From: an uncultured Bacilli bacterium
Lineage (GTDB): Bacteria; Bacillota_I; Bacilli_A; RFN20; CAG-288
Direction: 5' to 3'
Assembly: GCA_934725685.1 (NCBI GenBank)
Contig: CAKVBX010000003.1
Span: forward strand, 4,779-68,778
Length of the DNA: 64,000 nucleotides
The notes below the pieces were generated by a model, which worked only from the letters and a program-made list of their open reading frames with translations, ran no database searches and was not told where the DNA came from. Position 1 is the stretch's first letter. Every line of letters starts with the position of its first letter. The position numbers and the translations under genes are program-made. Below, piece by piece: positions 9,029 through 18,178 of this stretch.

Positions 9029-10375
9029 TTATTTCATCTCTGCCCAAAGCGTATCGAAGGGATCCTCCTCGAGGATAGAGGAAGCATCATAGGCTTTCAG
9101 AATTTCAGCATCGACAAATTCCCTGCGGATGAAGACTTCATAGACATAGTCATCGAACCAGGCATCATTCATGACGAAGTACCCGTTCTTTCCACAGTCT
9201 TTCCCCCAGGAATTTTCGACTTTCCAGCGGTTGGGTCTCTCCCCGTCAGGAAGATTGACTCCGGTGAAGGTCATGGCATGATTACAGAAGGAGGTGCGAT
9301 AAGTGAGACGGTCTCCCTTCTTCATTCTATTATGGAGGGAGAAGAGGGAATCCGTCTTGAGGATATCGCTGGCAAGATAGCCTTCCTTTCTCATGGACTG
9401 AGCGAGGACATCGCTTCCGAACCAGACCGGTTCTCCCGCCTTCAGAGAGCGGATGGTGGCATCCTTGACCGCCTTCAGGCCGGCATGGAAGAAGATGACG
9501 GGATCGCCGTCTTCGACGTTGTTGACAAAGTGACAGGTATACTTCTGAAAGTTTTTCATTCTCGGCAAGGGGGAATCGCAAAGGGCGACATACTGATCGA
9601 GATCCGCCTTGATGTACTGCTCATAGAATTCCTTCGGTGTGATGTTTTCGATATGGTGGAACGTCTTCTCCTTATCCTTAGAACGATAGTCGAAGGAAAA
9701 GGACGGTACAGGTTTTCCTAAAGAGAGGGAGAGGATACGATAGACATCATTGAGGTACCCTTCCTTCATTCTGCGGAGGACGAGCTTGCTGGCACCCTTG
9801 TTCTTCGCTTCGCGGAGTTCCATCATCGCCTGTGCAAGATAACCGGTGAGGACCTGGTTGAGCTCTCCGGTTGAGGTGGAAACGCTGAGGTCGGGCATGA
9901 CACCAATCGGAACGACACCGTATTTCTTGACTAAGTTCGTGAACATGACGAAATGGCCGCCGTCGCCGAGACCGGAATCAAGCATAAACATATTGAGCCG
10001 GGAATCCGGTTCTTCTCCAGCGAGTTCGATGACACTTTCCAGGAAGAAATTGCTCTTTTCGAGCTTGTCAAAGAACTGAAGATAGGACTGGGAAAGCTCG
10101 ATGTCGTCGACATTCAGATTCTTCATCAGAATCGTGCGGAGGACATTGAGGCCGGCAAAAAGCCAGCAGCGGCCGCTCTGCTTCTGATTGCAGACGGCTC
10201 CGGTTTCCAAATCGACGGAAAAAGTGAAGGAAAGGCTCTTGAGCAGATCCTCGTCGATGCAGGAGGCGTTGATGCCGTTCTTGGTGATGGTGTGACGGAG
10301 AATGGAAGACATGTCTCTGCTGTCACAGTCGTTTTCGAACAGGCAAAGATCCTGTTCATTGATGCTATTGTTCAT
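9029..10375 (-). CDS. pepC: Aminopeptidase C (bleomycin-hydrolase-like C1 cysteine peptidase)
   Basis: 448 aa. NQKQSGRCWLFAG active-site Cys context. AAGGAG SD upstream. Confidence 0.9.
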   Translation of the reverse strand: MNNSINEQDLCLFENDCDSRDMSSILRHTITKNGINASCIDEDLLKSLSFTFSVDLETGAVCNQKQSGRCWLFAGLNVLRTILMKNLNVDDIELSQSYLQFFDKLEKSNFFLESVIELAGEEPDSRLNMFMLDSGLGDGGHFVMFTNLVKKYGVVPIGVMPDLSVSTSTGELNQVLTGYLAQAMMELREAKNKGASKLVLRRMKEGYLNDVYRILSLSLGKPVPSFSFDYRSKDKEKTFHHIENITPKEFYEQYIKADLDQYVALCDSPLPRMKNFQKYTCHFVNNVEDGDPVIFFHAGLKAVKDATIRSLKAGEPVWFGSDVLAQSMRKEGYLASDILKTDSLFSLHNRMKKGDRLTYRTSFCNHAMTFTGVNLPDGERPNRWKVENSWGKDCGKNGYFVMNDAWFDDYVYEVFIRREFVDAEILKAYDASSILEEDPFDTLWAEMK

Positions 10376-10619
10376 TGGTTACTCCTTGATGATCGCAATT
10401 GTTTATTGCAAATCATGATAACACGGGAAAAAGACTGGGGTCATCTTTTTTTACCGGGTCACTTTGCTTTGCACCATCAATGGAATTGCAAAAAACATTA
10501 TGGAAATGGGAAAATTCAATACACATACAAAAAACCCGGGATTGCAAAAAAGCGATTACATTTCAGACTCTTCGGAAACGTATAGGGCGAAACCGCGGAT
10601 TTGTGGTAAAATTCTAGGC

Positions 10620-11732
10620 GTGATTTATCTTGATTATAGTGCCAATCATCCTGTCAGAAAGGAAGTCCTCGATGCCTTTGTGAAAACCGAGGAGACCTTT
10701 TTCGGCAATGCCAATTCCCTGCATGCGCTGGGTAGGGAAGCCGAAGGGGAATACGAGCGGCTCAACCGCTCTGTCCTTTCCCTTCTCGGGCTATCTCCTG
10801 AAGCGTATGAAATCATCTATACCTCCTCGGCCACGGAGAGCAACAACACCGTCATCAAAGGGGTTTTCGATGCCTATTCCGGCTTCGGAAAACACATTCT
10901 GACGAGTCAGTTCGAACATTCCTCCGTCAACGGAACGCTCTCTTATCTGAAAAACAAGGGGGCGGATGTCGAATTCATCGAAACCGAAGGGGATGGTAAA
11001 TTATCCTTGGAGGATTTTGCGAAGAAACTGCGCGGCGATACCATCCTTGTGACCTGCCCCTTTGTCGAAAGCGAAGTAGGAACCGTTCAGCCCGTCCACG
11101 AAATCCAGAAGCTCATTGAGAGATATCCGAACAGCCATTTCCTCTGCGATGCCACACAGGGGATTGGGAAGATTCCGTTTGCTTGCGAAGGGCTTGACTT
11201 CGTCTCTTTTGCTCCCCATAAGTTCGGAGGCATCATCGGGACCGGAGTTCTGGTGAAGAAAAAGAACATCGTTCTGACCCCGCTGCTCCACGGCGGGAAG
11301 AGCGCATCGATTTACCGGTCTTCCACGCTTCCGCTCGGCCTGGTGAGTAGTGTGGAATGCGCCTTGCGCCTTGCCCTTTCCGAAGAGGGGGAACATGGGG
11401 CGAAGGTTTCTAAGCTGAATAAGAGACTGAGAGAGGAGATGGCACGGATTCCGGGCGTCATCCTCAATTCCCCCGTCGGTAATCCTTATATCCTCAATTT
11501 CTCCGTGCAGGGGAAGAAAGGGGCAGACACTGTGTCTTATTTTTCCCAGCATGGAATCTGTCTCTCCCAGAAGAGTGCCTGTTCTATCCTCAATACACCG
11601 TCGAAACCTGTCATGGCCATTTATCACGACAAGAAGAGAGCCTTCGAAAGCGTCCGGGTCTCTCTTTCCTATCTTACAACGGAGGAAGAAATCGACACTT
11701 TCCTCTCAGTTTTAAAGGAGTATACGAAATGA
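10620..11732 (+). CDS. Cysteine desulfurase (NifS/IscS-like, class V aminotransferase)
   Basis: (M)IYLDYSANHP... N-terminus, as in IscS/YrvO proteins, if GTG 10620 is the start. The start is uncertain: the SD is weak and the track ORF begins at 10464. SFAPHKFGG contains the PLP lysine. Confidence 0.8.
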   Translation: MIYLDYSANHPVRKEVLDAFVKTEETFFGNANSLHALGREAEGEYERLNRSVLSLLGLSPEAYEIIYTSSATESNNTVIKGVFDAYSGFGKHILTSQFEHSSVNGTLSYLKNKGADVEFIETEGDGKLSLEDFAKKLRGDTILVTCPFVESEVGTVQPVHEIQKLIERYPNSHFLCDATQGIGKIPFACEGLDFVSFAPHKFGGIIGTGVLVKKKNIVLTPLLHGGKSASIYRSSTLPLGLVSSVECALRLALSEEGEHGAKVSKLNKRLREEMARIPGVILNSPVGNPYILNFSVQGKKGADTVSYFSQHGICLSQKSACSILNTPSKPVMAIYHDKKRAFESVRVSLSYLTTEEEIDTFLSVLKEYTK

Positions 11733-12718
11733 ACGAAAAGAAAGTCCAAAATCTGACCCCCGGGGAATTGGCCGAACATTCTCTGATCACCACTTATAAG
11801 TTCCGTATCTGGAGAATGTTCACAAAAGCACTCAAAATTTATGAGTTGCTTTCTCCCAATGATAGGGTCTGCGTCTGCATTTCCGGCGGTAAGGATTCCA
11901 TGTTGATGGGTCTTCTCTTCAAGCATCTCGAAGCTTATTCTGACTTTCCGTTCGAAGTGAGATATCTCGTGATGAACCCGGGCTATAACGACATCAATCT
12001 TCAGATCATCAAGAACAACCTCGAACTTTTGAAAATCCCGGCAACCATCGTCAACACGGATATTTTTGATATCGCAAACAACACAGACAAGAAGCCTTGC
12101 TACCTTTGCGCCAAGATGAGAAGAGGCGCCCTATACCGTATCGCCAAGGAATGGGGCTGCAACAAAATCGCCTTAGGCCATCATTATGACGATGTCATCG
12201 AGACGACTTTGATGAACATGCTCAATGCCGGTTCTTTTCAGACGATGCTTCCGAAGCTTCACTCCGATCACTATGAGGGCATGGAAGTCATCCGTCCTCT
12301 CTATCTCATCCGGGAAAACGACATCATCGACTGGAAGGTGAAGAACCGGCTCACCTTCATTCAGTGTGCCTGCCGGTTCACCGAGAACTGCGCCATCTGC
12401 GATAACGGCGGAGGCGGAAGCCAGCGCTATGAGACCAAGATGCTCATCCGAAAACTGATGAAGGAATATTCCCCTGCCGTGGAGAAGAATATTTTCAAAG
12501 CTGCTTCTAATGTCAATCTCGACATGATTTTAGGCTATAAACAGGGTGGAAAAGAGCATTCTTTCCTGGATGATTTCGATGAAGAAGGAAAGAGAATCGA
12601 TGAACAGATCCGTTCTCTCGGCTTAGAGAAGAAAGCTTTGGACAAGGCGGCCGGGGAACACAAGGAATTCGTCGTCGATGAGACCTTTAACTACCGGAAA
12701 AAGAAGGAGACGGAGTGA
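11729..12718 (+). CDS. TtcA-family PP-loop tRNA thiolase (tRNA 2-thiocytidine synthase-like)
   Basis: SGGKDS PP-loop; CYLCAKMRRG and CACRF...CAIC cysteine clusters. The ATGA overlap with the desulfurase stop indicates translational coupling. Confidence 0.8.
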   Translation: MNEKKVQNLTPGELAEHSLITTYKFRIWRMFTKALKIYELLSPNDRVCVCISGGKDSMLMGLLFKHLEAYSDFPFEVRYLVMNPGYNDINLQIIKNNLELLKIPATIVNTDIFDIANNTDKKPCYLCAKMRRGALYRIAKEWGCNKIALGHHYDDVIETTLMNMLNAGSFQTMLPKLHSDHYEGMEVIRPLYLIRENDIIDWKVKNRLTFIQCACRFTENCAICDNGGGGSQRYETKMLIRKLMKEYSPAVEKNIFKAASNVNLDMILGYKQGGKEHSFLDDFDEEGKRIDEQIRSLGLEKKALDKAAGEHKEFVVDETFNYRKKKETE

Positions 12719-12766
12719 ATCTCTCTTATTCCTTTGGAATAAAGACTTTCGGTCTACCCCCTTTCA

Positions 12767-12775
12767 TGGTATACT
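12767..12775 (+). promoter_or_regulatory. Extended -10 promoter element TGGTATACT, 6 nt before the ATG at 12782
   Basis: tcaTGGTATACTaatgccATG, with no SD in between. Confidence 0.4.
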
Positions 12776-12781
12776 AATGCC

Positions 12782-13222
12782 ATGAAAAACGCGTTCTTTG
12801 GATGTTGTCTCTTATCGGTCACTCTTCTCTGTTCCTGTTCGCATGGTCTTGCTTCCTCTTTGGAGGAAGACAAGGCAAAGATGCGGGAACAGGGAGATTT
12901 TTCTTTTAATCCGTCTTCCACTTTCACGGACTGCTTCCAGTCGACTCAGAAAGACGGGCTTTTCCGGTTCTCCTATACACTGGATCAAGCCGATAAGGAT
13001 TACCATCATGTCCGTCTTCTTCTTTCGCCGAAGAAAGACCAGTTCTTTCCCTTCGGCTACGAAGCGGAATACACCCTTGTGAATGACAAATCAGAAGCGG
13101 ATAGAGACAAGAACATCATCTACGGCATCAACATCAATTTCTCCTCCACCATTGACATCGATTCTCTCTACGCCTATTTCTCCTCCGACGAAGCTTCGTT
13201 CTATTACACCGTCACGAAATAA
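12782..13222 (+). CDS. Small lipoprotein of unknown function
   Basis: MKNAFFGCCLLSVTLLCSCSHG signal peptide with a lipobox. Confidence 0.6.
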   Translation: MKNAFFGCCLLSVTLLCSCSHGLASSLEEDKAKMREQGDFSFNPSSTFTDCFQSTQKDGLFRFSYTLDQADKDYHHVRLLLSPKKDQFFPFGYEAEYTLVNDKSEADRDKNIIYGININFSSTIDIDSLYAYFSSDEASFYYTVTK

Positions 13223-13238
13223 TGAAAGGATAATCAGC

Positions 13239-15383
13239 ATGGATATCAATCAGCAGATTGCGAAGGATCTTAGCCTTCCCTTGGAAAAAGTCAATGCGGC
13301 CGTCACCCTTCTCGATGAAGGCAATACCGTTCCGTTCATCGCCCGTTACCGTAAGGAAGTCACCGGTTCCCTGACCGATGAGAACTTACGTGATCTTGAA
13401 GAAAAACTCATCGCCTACCGCAACCTCGAAGACCGGAAAAAGACGGTTCTCAAATCCCTCGACGACCAGAAAATCGAAGATCCCGAACTGAAAAAGAAAA
13501 TCGAAGAAGCTCTTACTATGAGCCTGGTCGAGGATCTTTACCGCCCCTATAAGCCGAAACGTGTTACCCGTGCGAGTAAGGCCATCAAGGCGGGACTTGA
13601 ACCATTGGCGGAATATCTTCTCCACGATAAGACCGGTGGCCTCAAGGAAGAGGCCAAAAAGTACATTTCGGAGGATTACAAGACCGCCGATAAGGTCATT
13701 CAGGGTGCCTTCGATATCCTCGCTGAGCGCATCTCCGACAATCCGAACTACCGCATCTTCATCAAGAATCTCGCCAAGGATTCCGGCCTTGTCTCTTCCA
13801 CCAAAATCGAAGGGGCGGAAGGGGCGGAGGTCTATGATAACTACTCCGCCTATCAGAAGAAAATCTCTCAAATCAAGCCCTATAATACCCTTGCCATCAA
13901 TCGTGGCGTCAACAAGAAGTGCCTGACCAAGAAGCTCGTCCTCGATGATGAAGCCATCCTCACGCATTTGAAGAACATGGAAATCCCTTCGAAGACTCCT
14001 TATCGGAAAGAGTTCGAGGACATGATTCTCGATAGCTATACCCGACTTATCTATCCTTCCGTCAGTAACGATGTCTTCTCCGACCTGATGGATCAGGCCA
14101 CTGATTCCTCCATTGAGGAATTCAAGACTTCCCTCCGTGCCACACTCCTTTATCCGCCGCTCAAAGGAAAACGTATTCTCGGTTTCGACCCCGGTTTTTC
14201 CCATGGTTGCAAACTTGCCTTCATCGATGAGAATGGGAAGGTCTTGGACACCTATGTCTTGAACAATCCTTTCTTCACCGAGGCCGGTCAAGCCAGGGCA
14301 AAGAAAGATCTGACCCGCCTGATTCTCAAAAATCGCACCTTCACCGTCGCCTTGGGTAACGGCACCGCCTCCCGAGAAAGTGAAAAAATGCTCAAAGAGC
14401 TCAAAGCGGAAGTTCCCGAACTGAAAGACCTCGAAATCGCCATTGTCTCCGAATCCGGCGCTTCCATCTATTCCGCTACGCCGCTCGCCCAGAAGGAGTT
14501 CCCGAATTACGAACCGAATCTTCGCTCTGCGGTCTCTATCGCAAGACGGCTTGAGGATCCTCTTGCCGAACTCGTCAAGATTCCGCCGGAATCCATCGGT
14601 GTCGGTCAGTATCAGTACGACATCGACGGAAAGAAGCTCTCGTTGGCGCTTAAGGGCGTCGTTGAGGATTCCGTCAACTATGTCGGCGTCGACCTCAATA
14701 CCGCCTCCTCTTCTCTTCTCAGCTATGTCTCCGGTATTTCCGCAAAGATTGCCGATTCCATTGTCTCCTACCGAGAGGAAAACGGTGCCTTCCATTCTCG
14801 AAGCGAACTCAAGAAAGTTCCGAACCTCGGTCCGAAAGCCTTCCTGAACTGCGCCGGCTTCTTACGTATCCCGGAATCCAAGGAACCATTAGATAACACC
14901 GCGGTCCATCCAGAATCCTATGCTGTTTGTAAGGAACTCCTGAAGCTTCTTCCCGGAACGACACACGAAGAAAAAGTCGCCGCGCTGAAAGTTCTGAAGG
15001 ATGATGATATTCGTTCCCTTTCCGAAAAACTCAATGTCGGCCTTCCGACGTTACAGGATATTGTGAAGGAACTCATTCAGCCTTCCCGCGACCCCCGCGA
15101 TAAGGCCGTCACAGCAAAGCTCTTGGACAATGTCACCGACATCAAGGACATCAAACCCGGCATGATCTTAGAGGGAACAATCCGCAATGTTGCCGGCTTC
15201 GGATTCTTCGTCGATCTCGGCGTCGAAATCAACGGCCTTGTCCACATCTCCCAGATTGCCGATCACTATGTCTCCGATCCGCATACGGAGGGGAAACCGG
15301 GCGATATCGTCAAGGTCAAAGTGCTCGAAGTCGATTTGAAACGTAACCGCATCTCCCTCACAATGAAAGGTATGAAAAAATAG
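13239..15383 (+). CDS. tex: Tex-like transcription accessory protein (S1 RNA-binding domain)
   Basis: 714 aa from ATG 13239. MDINQQIAKDLSLPLEKVNAAVTLLDEGNTVPFIARYRKE is the canonical Tex N-terminus, with a C-terminal S1 domain. The track ORF start at 13083 overlaps the upstream gene. Confidence 0.92.
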   Translation: MDINQQIAKDLSLPLEKVNAAVTLLDEGNTVPFIARYRKEVTGSLTDENLRDLEEKLIAYRNLEDRKKTVLKSLDDQKIEDPELKKKIEEALTMSLVEDLYRPYKPKRVTRASKAIKAGLEPLAEYLLHDKTGGLKEEAKKYISEDYKTADKVIQGAFDILAERISDNPNYRIFIKNLAKDSGLVSSTKIEGAEGAEVYDNYSAYQKKISQIKPYNTLAINRGVNKKCLTKKLVLDDEAILTHLKNMEIPSKTPYRKEFEDMILDSYTRLIYPSVSNDVFSDLMDQATDSSIEEFKTSLRATLLYPPLKGKRILGFDPGFSHGCKLAFIDENGKVLDTYVLNNPFFTEAGQARAKKDLTRLILKNRTFTVALGNGTASRESEKMLKELKAEVPELKDLEIAIVSESGASIYSATPLAQKEFPNYEPNLRSAVSIARRLEDPLAELVKIPPESIGVGQYQYDIDGKKLSLALKGVVEDSVNYVGVDLNTASSSLLSYVSGISAKIADSIVSYREENGAFHSRSELKKVPNLGPKAFLNCAGFLRIPESKEPLDNTAVHPESYAVCKELLKLLPGTTHEEKVAALKVLKDDDIRSLSEKLNVGLPTLQDIVKELIQPSRDPRDKAVTAKLLDNVTDIKDIKPGMILEGTIRNVAGFGFFVDLGVEINGLVHISQIADHYVSDPHTEGKPGDIVKVKVLEVDLKRNRISLTMKGMKK

Positions 15384-15391
15384 GTGAATCT

Positions 15392-15733
15392 ATGACCTGC
15401 TATACACAGAAAAACAACCAGGGATTGCTCAATATCTCTGACAATGTCTTCAATCAGATTGCAAAGTCGACCCTCGATGAGCTTCTGAAAAATGATCTGA
15501 AAGGTCTCTTCTCTCTGAAGAACGGCAAGAAGACTTGCAAAATCCTCACAACCATCGATAAGAAAAACCATATTCAAGTCAATATCGAGGTATACCTCAT
15601 GACGGGCTGCGATGCGAATAGCGTCACCAACCGCATTCAGAAAGAGGTCTACGACGACATTTACGATGTCTGCGAGATTTCCTCGGTGAAAGTCAATGTC
15701 ATCGTCCTCTCCTTCCTGAACGAGAAAGCATGA
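15392..15733 (+). CDS. Asp23/Gls24 family envelope-stress protein (YqhY-like)
   Basis: 113 aa in the position directly upstream of nusB, as for B. subtilis yqhY. AGGTGA SD. Confidence 0.7.
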   Translation: MTCYTQKNNQGLLNISDNVFNQIAKSTLDELLKNDLKGLFSLKNGKKTCKILTTIDKKNHIQVNIEVYLMTGCDANSVTNRIQKEVYDDIYDVCEISSVKVNVIVLSFLNEKA

Positions 15734-16251
15734 TGATAATCACCGACTACGAAAAAACGAAGAAACGGTTCGGATTTCTGCTCTCGGTTCCGATGCTCTT
15801 TGCCATTCTCCACGCCATCGGCCAGATTCTTCTGCAGTCGTTTCTCCGTTTTAAGACGGACACGATGACCTACAGTGCCTGTCCGGGCTTAGGCCTAGGC
15901 TATTCGAGTTCTCTGCTCTCTGCAATCCTTGTTTCCGGAAAACAGAATGCCGACTTTGTCAATTCGCTCTCTTCCTGTTTTTCCATTCTCTTCACTATCC
16001 TCCTCATCCTCTTCTCCTCATTTGCCGCCAAAGGCAAACTCTGGGGGGTCAGTGCCCTTCTCATCACCTACGCCATTGACACCATCATGACGCTTCCGCT
16101 TCTTCTTGTCGACGCCCTCGCTTCTTATCCCTTGAAGCTTGCTCTTGCCGACAAAATCATGAATCCCCTCTTCCATCTGCTCTTCTTAGGCTTCTTACTA
16201 TATCTCTTCCTCCTTTCGAGGAACCTTGCCCGATACGAAAACGAAAACTGA
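15730..16251 (+). CDS. Hypothetical integral membrane protein
   Basis: 173 aa with 4-5 hydrophobic segments. ATGA overlap with the Asp23-like gene. Confidence 0.55.
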   Translation: MMIITDYEKTKKRFGFLLSVPMLFAILHAIGQILLQSFLRFKTDTMTYSACPGLGLGYSSSLLSAILVSGKQNADFVNSLSSCFSILFTILLILFSSFAAKGKLWGVSALLITYAIDTIMTLPLLLVDALASYPLKLALADKIMNPLFHLLFLGFLLYLFLLSRNLARYENEN

Positions 16252-16261
16252 GGTATCCATT

Positions 16262-16696
16262 ATGAAAGAATATTCCCGCCGCGACGAACGCACCAAGACC
16301 ATGCAGGCCTTCTACCAGATCTTCCTTAGCATGGAACAGAAAATAGACTATGATGCCACCGGCATTCTCTGCGCCATTTATGGCGTGGATTCCTATGAGG
16401 AATGCCCGCTCTATTCCCAGGCTATCTATGCCACCGGTTTGGATCATTTCGATGAGATTAAACAGATTATTTCCGAACACCTGGTCGGATGGGCCTTCGA
16501 GCGTCTCGACAATGTCTGCAAAGGCATCCTTTTTGTCGCCCTGACGGAAGGCATCTACCTGAAGCTCGCACCCAGAAACGTCGTCATCAACGAAGCGGTC
16601 ACCATCTCCAAGAACTTTCTCAAGGAGAACGACCACCGCTTTGTGAACGCCCTCCTCGATAAGGCGATTCAGCCCTATGAATGCAAAGGAAACTAA
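16262..16696 (+). CDS. nusB: Transcription antitermination factor NusB
   Basis: 144 aa from ATG 16262 with GAGG upstream. Matches by synteny and by a NusB-like helical sequence (...AFYQIF..., ...FVNALLDK). Confidence 0.85.
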   Translation: MKEYSRRDERTKTMQAFYQIFLSMEQKIDYDATGILCAIYGVDSYEECPLYSQAIYATGLDHFDEIKQIISEHLVGWAFERLDNVCKGILFVALTEGIYLKLAPRNVVINEAVTISKNFLKENDHRFVNALLDKAIQPYECKGN

Positions 16697-17960
16697 GGCC
16701 CTTTCGGTATCACAGCTATCGGATATTCTCAAAGCCTGCTTTGAGAACCCCATGTTCTCCAATCTCCGCGTCTATGGTGAAGTCTACTCCATCCGACTCG
16801 GGAAGTTTTCCTATATCGATTTGGGAGATCAGGGGCACAAGGAGACGAACTCCCCGCTTTTGCGTTGTGCCTTCAACTGCTATTACGGCAGCGGATACGG
16901 ACTCGAAAGCATCAAACCTGGTGATGTCATTGAAATTACCGGTTCGCTTTCCTATTACGCCCATGGCTCTTCCGTCACGCTCTGGGGTAAACAGGTCACC
17001 ATCCTGCAGTCCCAACTCGGAAAATCTTTATTAGAAAAGAAGAAGACGTTAGAAAAGCTCGATAAACTTGGGTATCTCGATGAGAAACGGAAAAGGAAAA
17101 TCCCTCGCTTTGTCAGAAAAGTGGCGATTGTGACCGCTCAGACTGGCGCCGCCTATCAGGATATCCTGAAGACGCTTCATGACCGCTTTCCTGTGGACAC
17201 CTATCTCTATCCGACCATCGTACAGGGAGAAGGTGCCGCAAAGAGTATCGTAAAGAGCATCCGTAGGGCGAGTGAATGCGACTATGATGTGGTAATCCTC
17301 GGACGCGGCGGAGGGAGTAAGACGGACCTTTCCTGCTTCGACGATTATGAGGTTGCGCTAGCCATCGCAGAATGTCCGATTCCGGTCATCACCTGCATCG
17401 GCCACACAATCGATACCGCAATAGCGGACCGGGTCTCCGACTATCAGGCCATCACCCCGACGGAAGGAGCCTCCCTCATCAATCCATCTCTTGAAGAAAT
17501 TCAGGGAGAACTCGAGGAGAAGTCGAGGACATTACTTCGCACCTATCAGACGATTCTCAATCGGGCTTATTTTCTTCTCTCGGAACGGGAAAAGCGGCTG
17601 GAGAGTCTCTCTCCCGAGAACCGACTCAAGAAGGAAAAAGAGCATCTAGTGTCTCTTCATACTTCCTTAGAGCGGCTATACCTCCATAAAATCCGGTTAG
17701 GGGAGCTCGCTCTTTCCTCAAAGAAAGAGAAGCTCCGCAATACGTTCCGGCTTCTCCTCGGAAAAGAGAAGAACGATCTCTTAGGGCGGGAGAAAAAACT
17801 CAGCGCCTATGATCCTTCCCTGTTATCCAAAGAAGGCTATGCTCTTGTCTTCCGAAACGGAAAGAAAGTGAAAAACGCTACGGATCTGAAAGAAGGAGAA
17901 GAGGTGACCATCACCTTTGTCGACGGAAGAAAAGACGCCATCATCAAAGGAGGCAAATGA
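16677..17960 (+). CDS. xseA: Exodeoxyribonuclease VII large subunit
   Basis: 427 aa: N-terminal OB fold (LSVSQLSDILK...VYGEV), a catalytic core and a C-terminal coiled coil. Confidence 0.9.
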   Translation: MNAKETKALSVSQLSDILKACFENPMFSNLRVYGEVYSIRLGKFSYIDLGDQGHKETNSPLLRCAFNCYYGSGYGLESIKPGDVIEITGSLSYYAHGSSVTLWGKQVTILQSQLGKSLLEKKKTLEKLDKLGYLDEKRKRKIPRFVRKVAIVTAQTGAAYQDILKTLHDRFPVDTYLYPTIVQGEGAAKSIVKSIRRASECDYDVVILGRGGGSKTDLSCFDDYEVALAIAECPIPVITCIGHTIDTAIADRVSDYQAITPTEGASLINPSLEEIQGELEEKSRTLLRTYQTILNRAYFLLSEREKRLESLSPENRLKKEKEHLVSLHTSLERLYLHKIRLGELALSSKKEKLRNTFRLLLGKEKNDLLGREKKLSAYDPSLLSKEGYALVFRNGKKVKNATDLKEGEEVTITFVDGRKDAIIKGGK

Positions 17961-18178
17961 AAATGCCGAAGAAAACAACGGATACTTTAGAAAACAAGAC
18001 CTACGAAGAACTGGAGAAAATGTCGGAGGAAATCATGGAGAAACTCTCCAAAGAAGATCTCGGACTCGATGAATCCAGCCGCCTTTATCAGGAAGGGAAA
18101 ATGGTTCTCGAAGAGATGGAACGGCGTTTGGAGAAGCTCTCTAAGGAAGTCTCTGACCATGTGGAGAGCGCTGACTGA
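17957..18178 (+). CDS. xseB: Exodeoxyribonuclease VII small subunit
   Basis: 73 aa helical protein (YEELEKMSEEIMEKL...). ATGA overlap with xseA. Confidence 0.85.
   Translation: MKMPKKTTDTLENKTYEELEKMSEEIMEKLSKEDLGLDESSRLYQEGKMVLEEMERRLEKLSKEVSDHVESAD

Noticed and set aside
13386-14795. 469-aa minus-strand ORF
   Set aside because: It is antisense to tex. Same reasoning.
18069-18158. Upstream 30 codons of the dxs track ORF
   Set aside because: They lie entirely inside xseB in another frame. Dxs homology begins after Met at 18159.
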